Positions 48,625 through 59,609 of a stretch of DNA of 64,000 bases are shown one piece after another (within the stretch, counting starts at the first letter, position 1; each line of letters opens with the position of its first letter). The translations under genes were made by a program, and so were the position numbers. The notes under the pieces were generated by a model. The model was not told the origin of the DNA. It made no database searches and was given only the letters and a program-made list of their open reading frames with translations. Source of the DNA: a virus; the IMG/VR virus record IMGVR_UViG_3300029985_000036, positions 1 through 64,000 of that record; one strand, given 5' to 3'.

Positions 48625-51588
48625 ATGTTTGAAGATACAACACTCGCCTCATCAATTCTAGTAAATCCCGCTTCTGTGCAGAGTTTAGTGTTAACTGAAT
48701 TTCAGAATCGCCTTGGTGGCACATATTCAGTTGCAGATCCAAACAATAGTTTCAATCTGTTACTGGAAGCCAGTTCTTCTATGAATGCACAATCTGTGCG
48801 ATGGATGGAATCACAGTTTGATGCCCAATATGCAGTTCGTGCCACAACAAGTGCAGAACTTTACAACAACATGTCAGATTTTGACTATCTGAGTATGGTA
48901 GCAGGACCTTCTATTACAACACTGAATCTTACCTTCAATGTAGATTATTTAATTGCAAATGCTGCAAATTATAATACATTCTACAATCGAGTTACTATTC
49001 CTGTATGGACACAATTCACAGTTGGTCCGCTAACATTTGGTATCTATTATCCAATCAACATCGATATTAACATCATTACCAATAGCATCAATGTTTTATG
49101 GGATACAACGACCAATAATCCTCTCAAACCACTAACTACCAATATGGTTCCATTTGTACAGTATAGTAGTGGCGGACTTAATCTTATTACTTTGACAATT
49201 CCAGTGGCTCAGTTTGCCACAGCAACCCAGACGTATCCTGTGGTGGCACAACAAGGATTCATTAAATCCATTAGTTATGCCAATCAGTTCTATGCAGCCC
49301 GGGTATTTACCAATCTACCTTCTGGTACTTGGACTGAACTGGCATATACCTTATCTGAGACAGTTTATGATCCTACAAATCCAACCGCAAAATTTGTTAT
49401 TCAAAATGATACCAATATTCTTACTGTAAGTATTCCTCAGATTTACTTTACCAATGGTCAAATTGGTAACCAAGTTCAAGTGGTTATTTATACTACGATG
49501 GGTGCTATTTCTATTGATTTGACAAGTGTCGAAGTATCCAGTTGTAACTGTGACTTTGGTCTAGGTAATATGGGAGTTAGTCCCAATGCTTTGATTCTGT
49601 CAAATCTAGCAACTATCGATTTGACACCAGCCGAAGTTACTATCACAGGTGGCTCTAGCGCATTAAGTTTTGCAGAGTTGCGAAATCTCGTTGTTAATGG
49701 GGGTCTGTACACATCAGTTCCTGTGACACCAGCTGAACTTACAGCTTATGCAGCCAAGCAGGGATTTTCAATTACCAAATATATTGACAATGTGACTGAT
49801 CGTATTTACTATGCATCCAACACTATCAGTGGTGGACAAAATGGTTACATCATGGTAACGACAGCTACAATTTCAGTACAACTTCCTTCAACAAATGGAT
49901 TGTCTTCAAATTCTACTCTTCCTTCAACGGTCCTCAATTCGACACTACCTTCAACTATTCTTAATTTTTCATCTGAAAATGCTGTTACAATATTACCCAC
50001 AACAATCTATTCGTATAATGCTCTGACCAATATCTGTACACCCCTAACAGATACTGCAGTGTCGGTTTTAACTGGAATGGCAAAACCTGCATTTGCGACA
50101 GAAGTCAATACCAATACTTATACACAATGTCCATTTCATATTGTTACTTATACCGGATCACAATATCCACTGACCAAAAGTTTTGATTTAATGAATCCTA
50201 CAGCAAGTACAATTCGGTACATTGCAGACAATGTCAATCTGACACCACAAATGTCAATTGTTTCCGCTGCTGTAATTCATAATGGTAATGGAACTCTTGG
50301 ATACACATTACGTCTTGGTGTTACCAAAACAACAACCATGGCAACCATTGCAGAAAGTAACATCACAGTTTATCTGTCTGCAAATGACATAAATGGTGAT
50401 ACTTTTTATGGCGTAGCCACACTGAGCGGAACGGCTTCAACCAGTAACTTATATGTGTATGAACTTGCCATTCCAACTACGTATTATATTTCACAACAAG
50501 ATACCTTCCGTTCTTCGATGTTGACCTTTACAGGAAATGGGCTGACAACAATCGATATTTCATTGGCCACTACATTTACAATCACATGTTTGATTGCACC
50601 CACTCTGTATCCAACAGTTCCTCAAAATATGAATTTGATGAATAACATTGCCGCACCTTATAATCAATTGTTGGGGGTATGTCAACAACAACTTGATGTT
50701 GTATTTGGTATGGATCTTTCCTCTCATCTGTACAATACTACAAATGCACTCTGGTCTTCAACGACATATGCCGCATGGCCAACAAATGTTTATCAGACAT
50801 ATCCAGAAGATGTCTATGCCAAAGATCCCACAACTGGAGGGTTGGTGTATACTATTTCAGGAACACCACCTGCTGTACATCTGACAAAACTACATAGTCA
50901 AGGAGATCAGATTCTTGATAGTAGTAACAATCCAATTTTATTATATGCAGCAGGAACACCTAAACTTGATTCTTTAGGTAATCCTATTGTTTTAAACAAC
51001 ACAGCTCGTCAGTTAAACTATTATGTTTCTAGCATGATGTTTGACATGCGATTGTTTTACAGCAGTAACACAGCAGATGTTGCATTTGTTAAAAATCTGA
51101 CCAATCAACTTCTGTCTTATTTTACAACATTAACGACAGTTCAAGGAAATCTCCTGGAACAAACGAGTCTGTATTATAAACCCAATAACACCATGGGCGT
51201 GGCAACATTCAGTTCAGGTAACAATACTCCACTTTCTCTGAATCTTGGATTTAGTTTTTCCTTTGTGGCTTATGTTTCTCAAGCAACCATAGACAATCCT
51301 GCATTGACAGCTGCGATTGTTGCTGACATCACGAGTATCACACAAACAGAAATGACAAAATCTATTATTTCACTAACAGAAATTGCAGATACCATTCGGT
51401 CACAACTGGTTGATACAATTATTAGCATTGACATTGAAGGTATTGATAATACCATGTCTTTACAAACTGTGATTGTTCCGGCTGGAACAACAAATCCAAT
51501 TGTTGGTCAACAACTTGTTTATAGTAGTGCGACAGATTCTCTTACTCTAGGATCGAATATAACGATCCGATTTGAATTGGCAGCATAA
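48625..51588 (+). CDS. Baseplate wedge-like protein (phiKZ gp87-like)
   Basis: DPNNSFNLLLE, LYNNMSDFDY, YTTMG, TGGS...SFAELR, IDNVTDR. 987 aa. Confidence 0.75.
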   Translation: MFEDTTLASSILVNPASVQSLVLTEFQNRLGGTYSVADPNNSFNLLLEASSSMNAQSVRWMESQFDAQYAVRATTSAELYNNMSDFDYLSMVAGPSITTLNLTFNVDYLIANAANYNTFYNRVTIPVWTQFTVGPLTFGIYYPINIDINIITNSINVLWDTTTNNPLKPLTTNMVPFVQYSSGGLNLITLTIPVAQFATATQTYPVVAQQGFIKSISYANQFYAARVFTNLPSGTWTELAYTLSETVYDPTNPTAKFVIQNDTNILTVSIPQIYFTNGQIGNQVQVVIYTTMGAISIDLTSVEVSSCNCDFGLGNMGVSPNALILSNLATIDLTPAEVTITGGSSALSFAELRNLVVNGGLYTSVPVTPAELTAYAAKQGFSITKYIDNVTDRIYYASNTISGGQNGYIMVTTATISVQLPSTNGLSSNSTLPSTVLNSTLPSTILNFSSENAVTILPTTIYSYNALTNICTPLTDTAVSVLTGMAKPAFATEVNTNTYTQCPFHIVTYTGSQYPLTKSFDLMNPTASTIRYIADNVNLTPQMSIVSAAVIHNGNGTLGYTLRLGVTKTTTMATIAESNITVYLSANDINGDTFYGVATLSGTASTSNLYVYELAIPTTYYISQQDTFRSSMLTFTGNGLTTIDISLATTFTITCLIAPTLYPTVPQNMNLMNNIAAPYNQLLGVCQQQLDVVFGMDLSSHLYNTTNALWSSTTYAAWPTNVYQTYPEDVYAKDPTTGGLVYTISGTPPAVHLTKLHSQGDQILDSSNNPILLYAAGTPKLDSLGNPIVLNNTARQLNYYVSSMMFDMRLFYSSNTADVAFVKNLTNQLLSYFTTLTTVQGNLLEQTSLYYKPNNTMGVATFSSGNNTPLSLNLGFSFSFVAYVSQATIDNPALTAAIVADITSITQTEMTKSIISLTEIADTIRSQLVDTIISIDIEGIDNTMSLQTVIVPAGTTNPIVGQQLVYSSATDSLTLGSNITIRFELAA

Positions 51589-51595
51589 CAATACC

Positions 51596-51629
51596 CTAAG
51601 ATGCTTCCCTGTGAGGGGAAGCATCTTAG
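51596..51629. terminator. Hairpin between convergent genes
   Basis: CTAAGATGCTTCCC-TGTGAG-GGGAAGCATCTTAG. Confidence 0.8.
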
Positions 51630-51643
51630 TAATATGTCGTTTA

Positions 51644-53194
51644 TCAAGCAGCAAGTTTGGTGGCAAATCGTTTGGTTAACATAGTCAATACGGTATCTAC
51701 AACAGCAGCACAAGTTGCCTGCGCCACTTCAACTTTACCGATATCGGTATGTTGTTTTACCGCCACTGTAAGTTCTGCATTGACTGCTTTGAAGAGAGTT
51801 TTGGTCATCGGATTGTCACGCATGGCAACCAGATATTCCAATGCAACATCTTCAAGGGGTTTCTGTGGCAACAGAACAAGTGAGCGCTGACGTTGCGCTT
51901 CGTGAGTATCTGTATTGTATTTTGCAGCATGCTTCCCACTCTTCAGCATCGTCTCATTATACTGATCGAGATGATGTACAAGTGTGTTCTGCAAGGCAGT
52001 TGCACGACTTGCGGCCGCTCGTTCCTGTAAAAGTGCAGATTTCTCACGTACCATTTTTTCAGTTCGAGGATGCATACTGCGAATCGTTTCAGCAGACTGT
52101 CCTGTTGGTGGAATAGTGATGTGATCATTTAACTGAATATAGGAAAGATAATCATGGATCATATTTTCCGTCCCACCATCGAGTACGAATTGATCCAAAA
52201 CAGATTTCTGAACAACACGTGGCGTCAGCAAGAGACGATCTGCCAGAGCTTTGTCTTTTGGCCAAATCATGGCCGCCCGCAACAGTTTAATGTTAGCCGA
52301 GACAGTTTCAATGTTGTGCAGAATGTTATCAGCAACAGTTGAACTATCGGCCCCAACGTTCGTTAGCATCGATGCACTTACCGTCTGCAATAAATTTTCG
52401 ATTGCATCAATCTGAGTCGTCACGGCAACCACAGAGGTACCAAGATTCTTCTCAGTAAGTGTAGCTCGTGCAGTAAGTGCCCATTTACGATAGGCAATCG
52501 GAGACAGAATGATATCTGCAACTAGAGCATGTTGATTGTTCTCTGGAGACGCTGTTTCCAGAGCAGTTACCAACAACGGTCGAATCGTAGCATCATTTGG
52601 AATAGCTTTGTTATCTCCAAAGGGCAACGCATGCAGAATCTTATCAGTATCATACGACTGTGTAGTATCCTTTTTGAAGCAATGTAGGCGATCTTGTGCA
52701 AACAACATCGCGGTAGAACGTACTGACTCTGAGTTCAGTTTGCCCCAAGAGAATTGTTGTAGTTCTGCTGCAGGACTGAAAGCAATTGCTTCTGGTATAC
52801 GACTGGTGATAGTAGCAGCCATCTCATTGGCTTCTTTTGGAAGTGCTATGCGAAGATCGTACAGCGGAGTGGTGAGCTGTGCACTAATCCCACTGGCCAT
52901 CTGATTCATCAGTTCCACCACCATTTCATCATCCTGACATAGAACAGGATACTGATCATGGAGTGCCGTAGCATCCATCTTTGGAGTATCACAGGCCGAG
53001 AGAAGTCGTTCTACACACAAACCCAAATCGTTGTTTGCCATGTAGCGAAATTTCGGATGTTGTGCTAATCGTTCTGTGACAAGATCACTGATCTGAGTGG
53101 TTGAAAGAGGCTTCGACGCGCTGGACAACAGCGTGACGATCCGGGTTAATAGGTCATGTGTAACATTTATCGTCATCGAGTTGCGCAATGTCAT
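51644..53194 (-). CDS. Hypothetical helical protein, possibly virion
   Basis: 516 aa, GAGGT RBS, TATGA upstream. Confidence 0.7.
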   Translation of the reverse strand: MTLRNSMTINVTHDLLTRIVTLLSSASKPLSTTQISDLVTERLAQHPKFRYMANNDLGLCVERLLSACDTPKMDATALHDQYPVLCQDDEMVVELMNQMASGISAQLTTPLYDLRIALPKEANEMAATITSRIPEAIAFSPAAELQQFSWGKLNSESVRSTAMLFAQDRLHCFKKDTTQSYDTDKILHALPFGDNKAIPNDATIRPLLVTALETASPENNQHALVADIILSPIAYRKWALTARATLTEKNLGTSVVAVTTQIDAIENLLQTVSASMLTNVGADSSTVADNILHNIETVSANIKLLRAAMIWPKDKALADRLLLTPRVVQKSVLDQFVLDGGTENMIHDYLSYIQLNDHITIPPTGQSAETIRSMHPRTEKMVREKSALLQERAAASRATALQNTLVHHLDQYNETMLKSGKHAAKYNTDTHEAQRQRSLVLLPQKPLEDVALEYLVAMRDNPMTKTLFKAVNAELTVAVKQHTDIGKVEVAQATCAAVVDTVLTMLTKRFATKLAA

Positions 53195-53236
53195 ATCTAC
53201 CTCGTGTAGGTCATAAAATGGGGTTCCATAGAATGA

Positions 53237-53273
53237 CCACAGGGAACCACTTGTTATCTGAGGTTCCCTGTGG
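53237..53273 (-). terminator. Hairpin after the tail operon
   Basis: CCACAGGGAACC-N13-GGTTCCCTGTGG. Confidence 0.65.
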
Positions 53274-53281
53274 AATAAAGA

Positions 53282-55291
53282 TCACTTCTTGTTAGGAAGT
53301 CTGATACTTGGAACGAATCGTGACAACATTCTTGCAGGAAATGTATTACCCAACTGAGTTCCCCAGTAAGCACTACTAAACTTAGTTTCCATAAGTTGAC
53401 CCAGTAGATAATTAGCTTTTCGTTTCAACTGACGATACCCTGTTAAACGATCTGCAATTCCCATACCGGATAACGTCAGAAGATATTCTTGAAAATTACT
53501 GTTGGCACCAAATGCCTCATTAATTGCCGATTTTGTATCCCCGGTTCCAATTGCAGTATACATAACAGGAGATAAATCTTTAATCTCAAAACTGATGTCA
53601 ATACAAGTGGGTAGAAAACCAGACGTCCACCCAAACTGATCAGCACCTCGTTTGACTGATATACTGGTAATCATACCAAGTGGAACTGCAAACATACCTT
53701 TACAATATGCTCTACATATAAAAGGCGAGGTATATGCAGCAGCGCCAATGCCACGCGGTAACCCACCGGCGAGTATCAGTGCCAGTGGAATATACTGGCA
53801 CTGAAGAATCGAATAAGGATCTCCGTATGGAGGTCTGAGGCTCATGTTAAAATGATAACTTTTACTGAAACTACTGCTTTTCCAAACTTCTGGAAAATCG
53901 AGATTTCCGTTACCGGCTAACACTGTTGCAAGAGAAGCCGTTTCTGTTGAAAAGGCCGTAGCACTTTTAAGCGCCGCACCAATTGCTCCAATGATGCTAT
54001 CAATACCAGCAATACCAGTTTGACCATTTGCAGTACCAAATTTTCTATCTTGAGCCGACTGTGCCGTTTGATTTGCAGCAGATGCAATACTGGATTCACC
54101 CGTTTCGTTTGAAAAAGATTCTGATGTATCAACCCCCTTTTCAACACGAAATCCTACAAAAAGTGAAGCATCATACAACTGATTTTCAAATTCTGTAATA
54201 AAGTTTTTTAGAAACCCACCATTTTCATCGATAACGGTAGCATCTGCAGTTTGTTTAAGGAGTGCATCATCGCTACTCTCAGCAGTTTTCGGATCAAAGC
54301 CTGTCATATACTGATATTTTTTGAGAAAAATTCGATATATATCAAACCCATATTTTTGAAAAATGTCAGGTAGTCCCGCGGTACTGGTGCCATTATTTGT
54401 CTGGATTGCACGAGCCAGCTGTTCTGCAGGCGTTAAATTCGAAATAGTCCCACCTGCTGACTGTGATGAATTTGAATCTAAATAACCGTCTTTGGATAAA
54501 CCCATATTAATTGTTAAGTGGAGAACAATCGAATTGACACATCTATAATAGAGAGGCATTGTCGATTTGAATTCATAATATTTGGTAATTTTAGTATCTG
54601 TAATTTTATTACCAAGATCAGTAAGAAAAGCCAGTGGAACTGGTGGTATGCTAATAAATGCACCAACCACGGATCCTACTAATGATCCGATGGCAGTTGA
54701 TGAAATTCCACTGTTCATCAGAGTTGCCAAATTTTGTTCAATGGCTGTACCATAAAAAGTAGTAAGATTATTATACTTCGGTACTCCGAATGTAAGGTAC
54801 AGAATTTGCTGTTGGTCATCATACATTTCACTGTATACACGACCCATACCCGAGTGTTCCGTATTACCCTGGCCATTAACAACTAAAAAAGGATGTTCTG
54901 CAACATCATCGGTTTCATTGAATTGGGGATAACAATTAATAGCATCGTTTCCACCAATGGACGTATCACGACATTTTCCTTTGGTGTAATAAATAGGAAG
55001 TGTTGATTCTGGACTACTAGCGGGTCCGATATTGTTAAGAATGTTTATCATTGCTGGATCAAGGGCGGGCGCAGCCATAGTTCCAACTGCACTTGCCTTT
55101 CCAGTATGATCCCCAGGATCATCGTTTTGAGCCATATATGCCATAATTGCAGCATAACTAACGAAGTCACCGTTTATATCAGTGACTCCATTAGCAAGAC
55201 TTGGTGCCAATGTTACTGTAAAAATGTTCTTAATAAATGTAGCATCATCAAGAACATTTGGTGAATTTCCAGTGATGGTACCTGTGGTCAT
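53282..55291 (-). CDS. Tail/baseplate structural protein (phiKZ gp182-like)
   Basis: DTSIGGNDAINCYPQF, GMGRVYSE, FGVPKYN, SESFSN, FPEVW, SPFIC. Lies downstream of the gp181-like gene. Confidence 0.8.
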   Translation of the reverse strand: MTTGTITGNSPNVLDDATFIKNIFTVTLAPSLANGVTDINGDFVSYAAIMAYMAQNDDPGDHTGKASAVGTMAAPALDPAMINILNNIGPASSPESTLPIYYTKGKCRDTSIGGNDAINCYPQFNETDDVAEHPFLVVNGQGNTEHSGMGRVYSEMYDDQQQILYLTFGVPKYNNLTTFYGTAIEQNLATLMNSGISSTAIGSLVGSVVGAFISIPPVPLAFLTDLGNKITDTKITKYYEFKSTMPLYYRCVNSIVLHLTINMGLSKDGYLDSNSSQSAGGTISNLTPAEQLARAIQTNNGTSTAGLPDIFQKYGFDIYRIFLKKYQYMTGFDPKTAESSDDALLKQTADATVIDENGGFLKNFITEFENQLYDASLFVGFRVEKGVDTSESFSNETGESSIASAANQTAQSAQDRKFGTANGQTGIAGIDSIIGAIGAALKSATAFSTETASLATVLAGNGNLDFPEVWKSSSFSKSYHFNMSLRPPYGDPYSILQCQYIPLALILAGGLPRGIGAAAYTSPFICRAYCKGMFAVPLGMITSISVKRGADQFGWTSGFLPTCIDISFEIKDLSPVMYTAIGTGDTKSAINEAFGANSNFQEYLLTLSGMGIADRLTGYRQLKRKANYLLGQLMETKFSSAYWGTQLGNTFPARMLSRFVPSIRLPNKK

Positions 55292-55312
55292 AAAACAACT
55301 CCAATGTCAAAA

Positions 55313-58300
55313 TCATGCGGCATAACGAGGTTCCCGTTTCTTACTGACATCGAGTCCGTCATCAGAACCATTTTTATTAGAAATCTGATTGGTAAGGTTA
55401 TTGATAGTTGGTGCAATAACGGTAGGTGTTGCCTTTGATTGATTATTCATTTCAGCAAACACGCCTTTGTCGCCATATGCATCTTGTGTTGTTTTATGAA
55501 GATCCTTTAGAGTCTCATGAATGTTGCCACTCATAGATACCATTTTTTGCATAAGATCAGCCGTAGATCGGCTACTTGCAACTAGATCAGGATGCGTACT
55601 TGAAGTAGCAGCTGGTGTAGTCTGAGAAGGTACGGGTGCTGCTGGTATAGGTTGGCGTTGTGTTTGTGCTGAAGCCACGGCACTCCGAGTCGGTGCCATC
55701 ACATTTTGAGAAGGTCCTGCATTACTACTTGCTATGTTAGCAGACGGAGTTGATGCCGCCGCACTAGGTCCAGCAGAAATACTGGTATTAGCAGAAGGTG
55801 GTGGGGTTATAGATGGCGAAGAGGAAGCTGAAGTATCTGCAATTTCAGTAGTGGGTCCTGCTGCAGAAGGAGAATCTCCACTTCCTGTCATCGTTGCAGA
55901 TGTAGCTGTCGTATTATCAGCGGGTGCTGCACCTGGTGCTGCAGAGGCTACTGCGGTACCAGCAGTATCCCCTTGGAAAGCTTTTGCAACTGCACCATCT
56001 TTATTCTCAGGTGTAGTAACAATTTTGTAATTATTAGCACTATCACATGCAAGTTTGCTATTCGGACGAATGTCTCTTTCATGAGCAGGTTGTCCACTCC
56101 ATTGATCATAAACCCGAATGCCACCTGGAAATTTCGTGCTTGGTCCTAAGTAAATTGCAGCATGGGAAGAACCGTCGGTATGGTTGCCATATGCACCACT
56201 CTGATCAAATGTTGCAATAGCTGTTCCTGGTTTAAGATTAGGATTACCAACAACCGATTGTCCTGCTGACCAGGATGACGTGTGTCCAATTCCAGCAGCA
56301 CTTTTAACAAGATCCACACATTGACCAGAACCGATGGTACCACTCGGAAGACAAGCTGCTCCGCCTCCAAGAGTTCCAGAAGCACCGGGTTGTTGTGCAG
56401 ATGCAGTCATAACTCCAGGAGATCCGGGAGCACCTGCTTTATTTTCATTAGCAGCACCCATAGAAGCAGCTGCTGCTTGTGGCGAAGATGCAGCAGAGGC
56501 AACGGTAGTTCCAGAAGCGGAATTAAACATTGCAATTTCTTGTTTGCGTCTATCTACCAAACCAGGAAGTTCATTACCTCCAGCATGTGTGAATTGACTT
56601 AACAATCCTGGAATTTTAGTAGCATCACCTTGTGCTTGTGAAATAACACTGGATCCACGACCCGTGTTGTAATCAAAAGAGGTTAAGGCATCTCGTTGAT
56701 TAGCAGTTAGTGTAATGCCAGATTTTTTAGCAGCAGCATCGATTCGTGTTGCACTTTTAGAGAGTTCATCATTAAGTCGTTGTTCAGCTATTTCCGGAGT
56801 GATGATTTCGTTTGGACCTGACGCTTTGGTTCCATAACCAGAAGTCCATTGTTTATAATCCCAGAAAGGTTTTGCAGTAAACTTGCCTTCTAGTTTCTTT
56901 ACCATTCCAATTAAGGTGGGAGAAGAAGATCCATTATCATTGGAAGATGTAGTAGATGGAGATCCTGGTGCTTTCAATCCAGAATCAAAATGAAGATTCG
57001 AGATAGTAGCTGTATGTGCTGCGCGATTTGCAGCAGGCATCGCTGAATAATGTCCACCTCTTGGTGATGCTGGTACTGGTACATTTCTATAATCTGCATG
57101 CGGCGCAGAATCCATTCGTGGTGAAGGAACTGAATTATATCCAGGAGAGGACTGTGTCTTCGATGGAGTATAATCATTGGCAGGGCTTTGTGGTGCTGTA
57201 TAAGTAACAGGAGAAACCGTAGTTGAACCTGTGAGAGAAGCAGCTGCTGCTTGTGGATTAGCTGCGGGTGGGTTGGTATCACTTGGAATAGGGCTTACAG
57301 AATTAGCATGTTGAATAGCAGTAAGTGCAGCTGCCGCTCCTACCCCTTTGGATGTATCAACCGACGATATTTTGGATGCAGAAAGAAATGCTTCTGGTGT
57401 GGGAACTTGGTTTTTATATGTGTCAATTAGAATAGAACTAAACTTGTTAAATTCATCTAAAATCATTGTGACATCAGAAGGTAGGATTTTAGATTCGTCA
57501 CCCAATTGGTATTTATGATCTTGTAAAGTATTACGAAAGATTTTAAGAGTTGCGATGAACCTTCCCGTGACCCATGATTTGAAATAGTCCATTGCAGCTG
57601 CATTTTTAGGATCAAACCCAAATAATTTAGCAAACTCTTGCAACTCTTCGGGCTGAAGTCTTGGTTCCGAGGTGTTGTTAAGAATTTTAATAACTCGGAG
57701 TTCGAGTGAAGCAACTGCCAATTGTTGTGAAGAGGTTACCCCATATGTCTTCATACGAGCTTTGAGAAAGATACCCTTGTTTCCAGTTGTAGCATCAATT
57801 AATGCATCTGTTTTTGATCGAGCTCGTTCAGCTAAGTAAATGCCCCCAACCAGTGCAGTGCCTATAGCAACAGTTGCTAGAATTCCTGCACCTGCAGCTG
57901 CAATTCCTGCACCTGCAGCTGCAGCTTCACCCACTCCTACAATAGCGCTACCGATTCCTCGTATCGCGTTAACAGCACGTATACCATATCGGACACCGGT
58001 AGCAATACCAACTCCAGTAGAAACAACTTTTTTAATGGTACCGCTAAGAGATCCACCACCAGAGTCTTTATTATTATCCTGAGGTTCTTTCTGATTCTGA
58101 TCAGGAGAAGTTTTTGGTTTATCTTTACCCCATCCCAAACGAGGAAGTCCAAATCTAAACCCGCCTCCACCGGTACGTCGTGATGCCCCTGCTGCATCTG
58201 GGCCAAACTGTTCCCGCTCTCGTTCATTGTGATCATCAAAACCATTTTCACGAACCGGGGCGGAAAGTCGTTCATCGAGTAGTTTATAGATTTTTTCTAG

Positions 58301-59572
58301 TTGTGCAGTAATCCGCTCACAGCATTCATCTTTACCCGTACGTTTGTGTTCTGTTTCCTCCATAGGAGGAGCTCGAGATCCCTCTGTAGCAGCAGCTGTC
58401 TCTTGTTTGTGAATCGGGTCTGTAGCAGGACCGTCTTGCGGTTTGGGTGCATTTTGTCCAGCAATAGAACGTAGCAATTTGACAATTATGTTACGTTGAG
58501 AAGAACTCTTATCCCACAGTGTATCGGGATTCAGATTTTCCCTCAGATTATTTCGTTCTGCAAACGAAGCCGCCCCAGTTTTTACTGCGGTAAAGAGAGC
58601 ATCTCTAACATCAGGTTTAGTACGAGTTGGCCAAATTGATGCAATATTTCCTCGTTCACGAAAGGAGTCCTTTGCAGATTTAACACCTTCATAAACAGCA
58701 TTGCCAAATTTTGTTTTACGTACAGCATCGGTTGCATAACTGGCAGCAGCTGCCGCTTTTTCTTTGATTCCTAGATCCGGACGATGATCATTGCTAAAAT
58801 AATCAGCGGCTGCTGGTGCCACTTTATTAACAGCAAAATCTTTTGCTTTACTAACAATAGCGGCACCAGCCTGATTTACTGCAGTATTAACAGCAGCAGT
58901 ACGAATACGTCTGAGAATACCAACTGGTTTTACTATATCTGGAAGTTTGGTATTAATCTTAATCGCTTCAAGTTTGTTCTCCACCATATCGGCGAAGGCT
59001 TTGGTCAAAGTTACCAGATGATTTGTGGCATATAACTGTCTATAATTAAGCGCCAAACTTTGGCGCATATAAGTAGTGCCAATAGTAGTCTGAAATTTAA
59101 GTATATTTTTAGAGGTAGTAAGTTGCTCTGCCTGTCCAGTAGTAACAGCTTGAAATCTAGAATTGAGAGTACGTTCTAGAATCAATGATGTTACTGCGGC
59201 ACGACGATCTGCTGCTGTTTTAATAGATGGATCTTGTCGACTTAACAACGGCCCGAGCGAACGAGCAATCGTCCCTCGTGCAGTTAAATATGGAGTTGCA
59301 TTCAACATCACATCGTTTCGAAGTTGTGATGTTAGACTCAATACAGCTGGTGGTTTTATTACAATGGGTTTAAACTTGAGTGCCGCAGCAACTCCAGCAT
59401 CTATCATCTCGTTGTATTGTGCACTATTGATATTAAGCTGATCAATAGTTCCTAATACAACTCCACCAACAACTTCTTTGTCTGATTTAATAGGAGATAC
59501 ATGAACATGAATATGACTTGGGTCTTTATTTGCTTCTGCATTAGGACCAGACAGTTCTGGAATATCAGTCAT
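55313..59572 (-). CDS. Large tail protein with peptidoglycan hydrolase domains (phiKZ gp181 position)
   Basis: SLALNYRQ motif. GH24 lysozyme (LEG...WD...GYGT...QRDALTSFDYNTG...GLVDRR..E). Cys/His amidase (GQCVDLV...GTAIATF...HAAIY...VYDQW). Confidence 0.85.
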   Translation of the reverse strand: MTDIPELSGPNAEANKDPSHIHVHVSPIKSDKEVVGGVVLGTIDQLNINSAQYNEMIDAGVAAALKFKPIVIKPPAVLSLTSQLRNDVMLNATPYLTARGTIARSLGPLLSRQDPSIKTAADRRAAVTSLILERTLNSRFQAVTTGQAEQLTTSKNILKFQTTIGTTYMRQSLALNYRQLYATNHLVTLTKAFADMVENKLEAIKINTKLPDIVKPVGILRRIRTAAVNTAVNQAGAAIVSKAKDFAVNKVAPAAADYFSNDHRPDLGIKEKAAAAASYATDAVRKTKFGNAVYEGVKSAKDSFRERGNIASIWPTRTKPDVRDALFTAVKTGAASFAERNNLRENLNPDTLWDKSSSQRNIIVKLLRSIAGQNAPKPQDGPATDPIHKQETAAATEGSRAPPMEETEHKRTGKDECCERITAQLEKIYKLLDERLSAPVRENGFDDHNEREREQFGPDAAGASRRTGGGGFRFGLPRLGWGKDKPKTSPDQNQKEPQDNNKDSGGGSLSGTIKKVVSTGVGIATGVRYGIRAVNAIRGIGSAIVGVGEAAAAGAGIAAAGAGILATVAIGTALVGGIYLAERARSKTDALIDATTGNKGIFLKARMKTYGVTSSQQLAVASLELRVIKILNNTSEPRLQPEELQEFAKLFGFDPKNAAAMDYFKSWVTGRFIATLKIFRNTLQDHKYQLGDESKILPSDVTMILDEFNKFSSILIDTYKNQVPTPEAFLSASKISSVDTSKGVGAAAALTAIQHANSVSPIPSDTNPPAANPQAAAASLTGSTTVSPVTYTAPQSPANDYTPSKTQSSPGYNSVPSPRMDSAPHADYRNVPVPASPRGGHYSAMPAANRAAHTATISNLHFDSGLKAPGSPSTTSSNDNGSSSPTLIGMVKKLEGKFTAKPFWDYKQWTSGYGTKASGPNEIITPEIAEQRLNDELSKSATRIDAAAKKSGITLTANQRDALTSFDYNTGRGSSVISQAQGDATKIPGLLSQFTHAGGNELPGLVDRRKQEIAMFNSASGTTVASAASSPQAAAASMGAANENKAGAPGSPGVMTASAQQPGASGTLGGGAACLPSGTIGSGQCVDLVKSAAGIGHTSSWSAGQSVVGNPNLKPGTAIATFDQSGAYGNHTDGSSHAAIYLGPSTKFPGGIRVYDQWSGQPAHERDIRPNSKLACDSANNYKIVTTPENKDGAVAKAFQGDTAGTAVASAAPGAAPADNTTATSATMTGSGDSPSAAGPTTEIADTSASSSPSITPPPSANTSISAGPSAAASTPSANIASSNAGPSQNVMAPTRSAVASAQTQRQPIPAAPVPSQTTPAATSSTHPDLVASSRSTADLMQKMVSMSGNIHETLKDLHKTTQDAYGDKGVFAEMNNQSKATPTVIAPTINNLTNQISNKNGSDDGLDVSKKREPRYAA

Positions 59573-59609
59573 CGATAAGATTCCTCTAAATTAAAATATT
59601 GTAATAACC

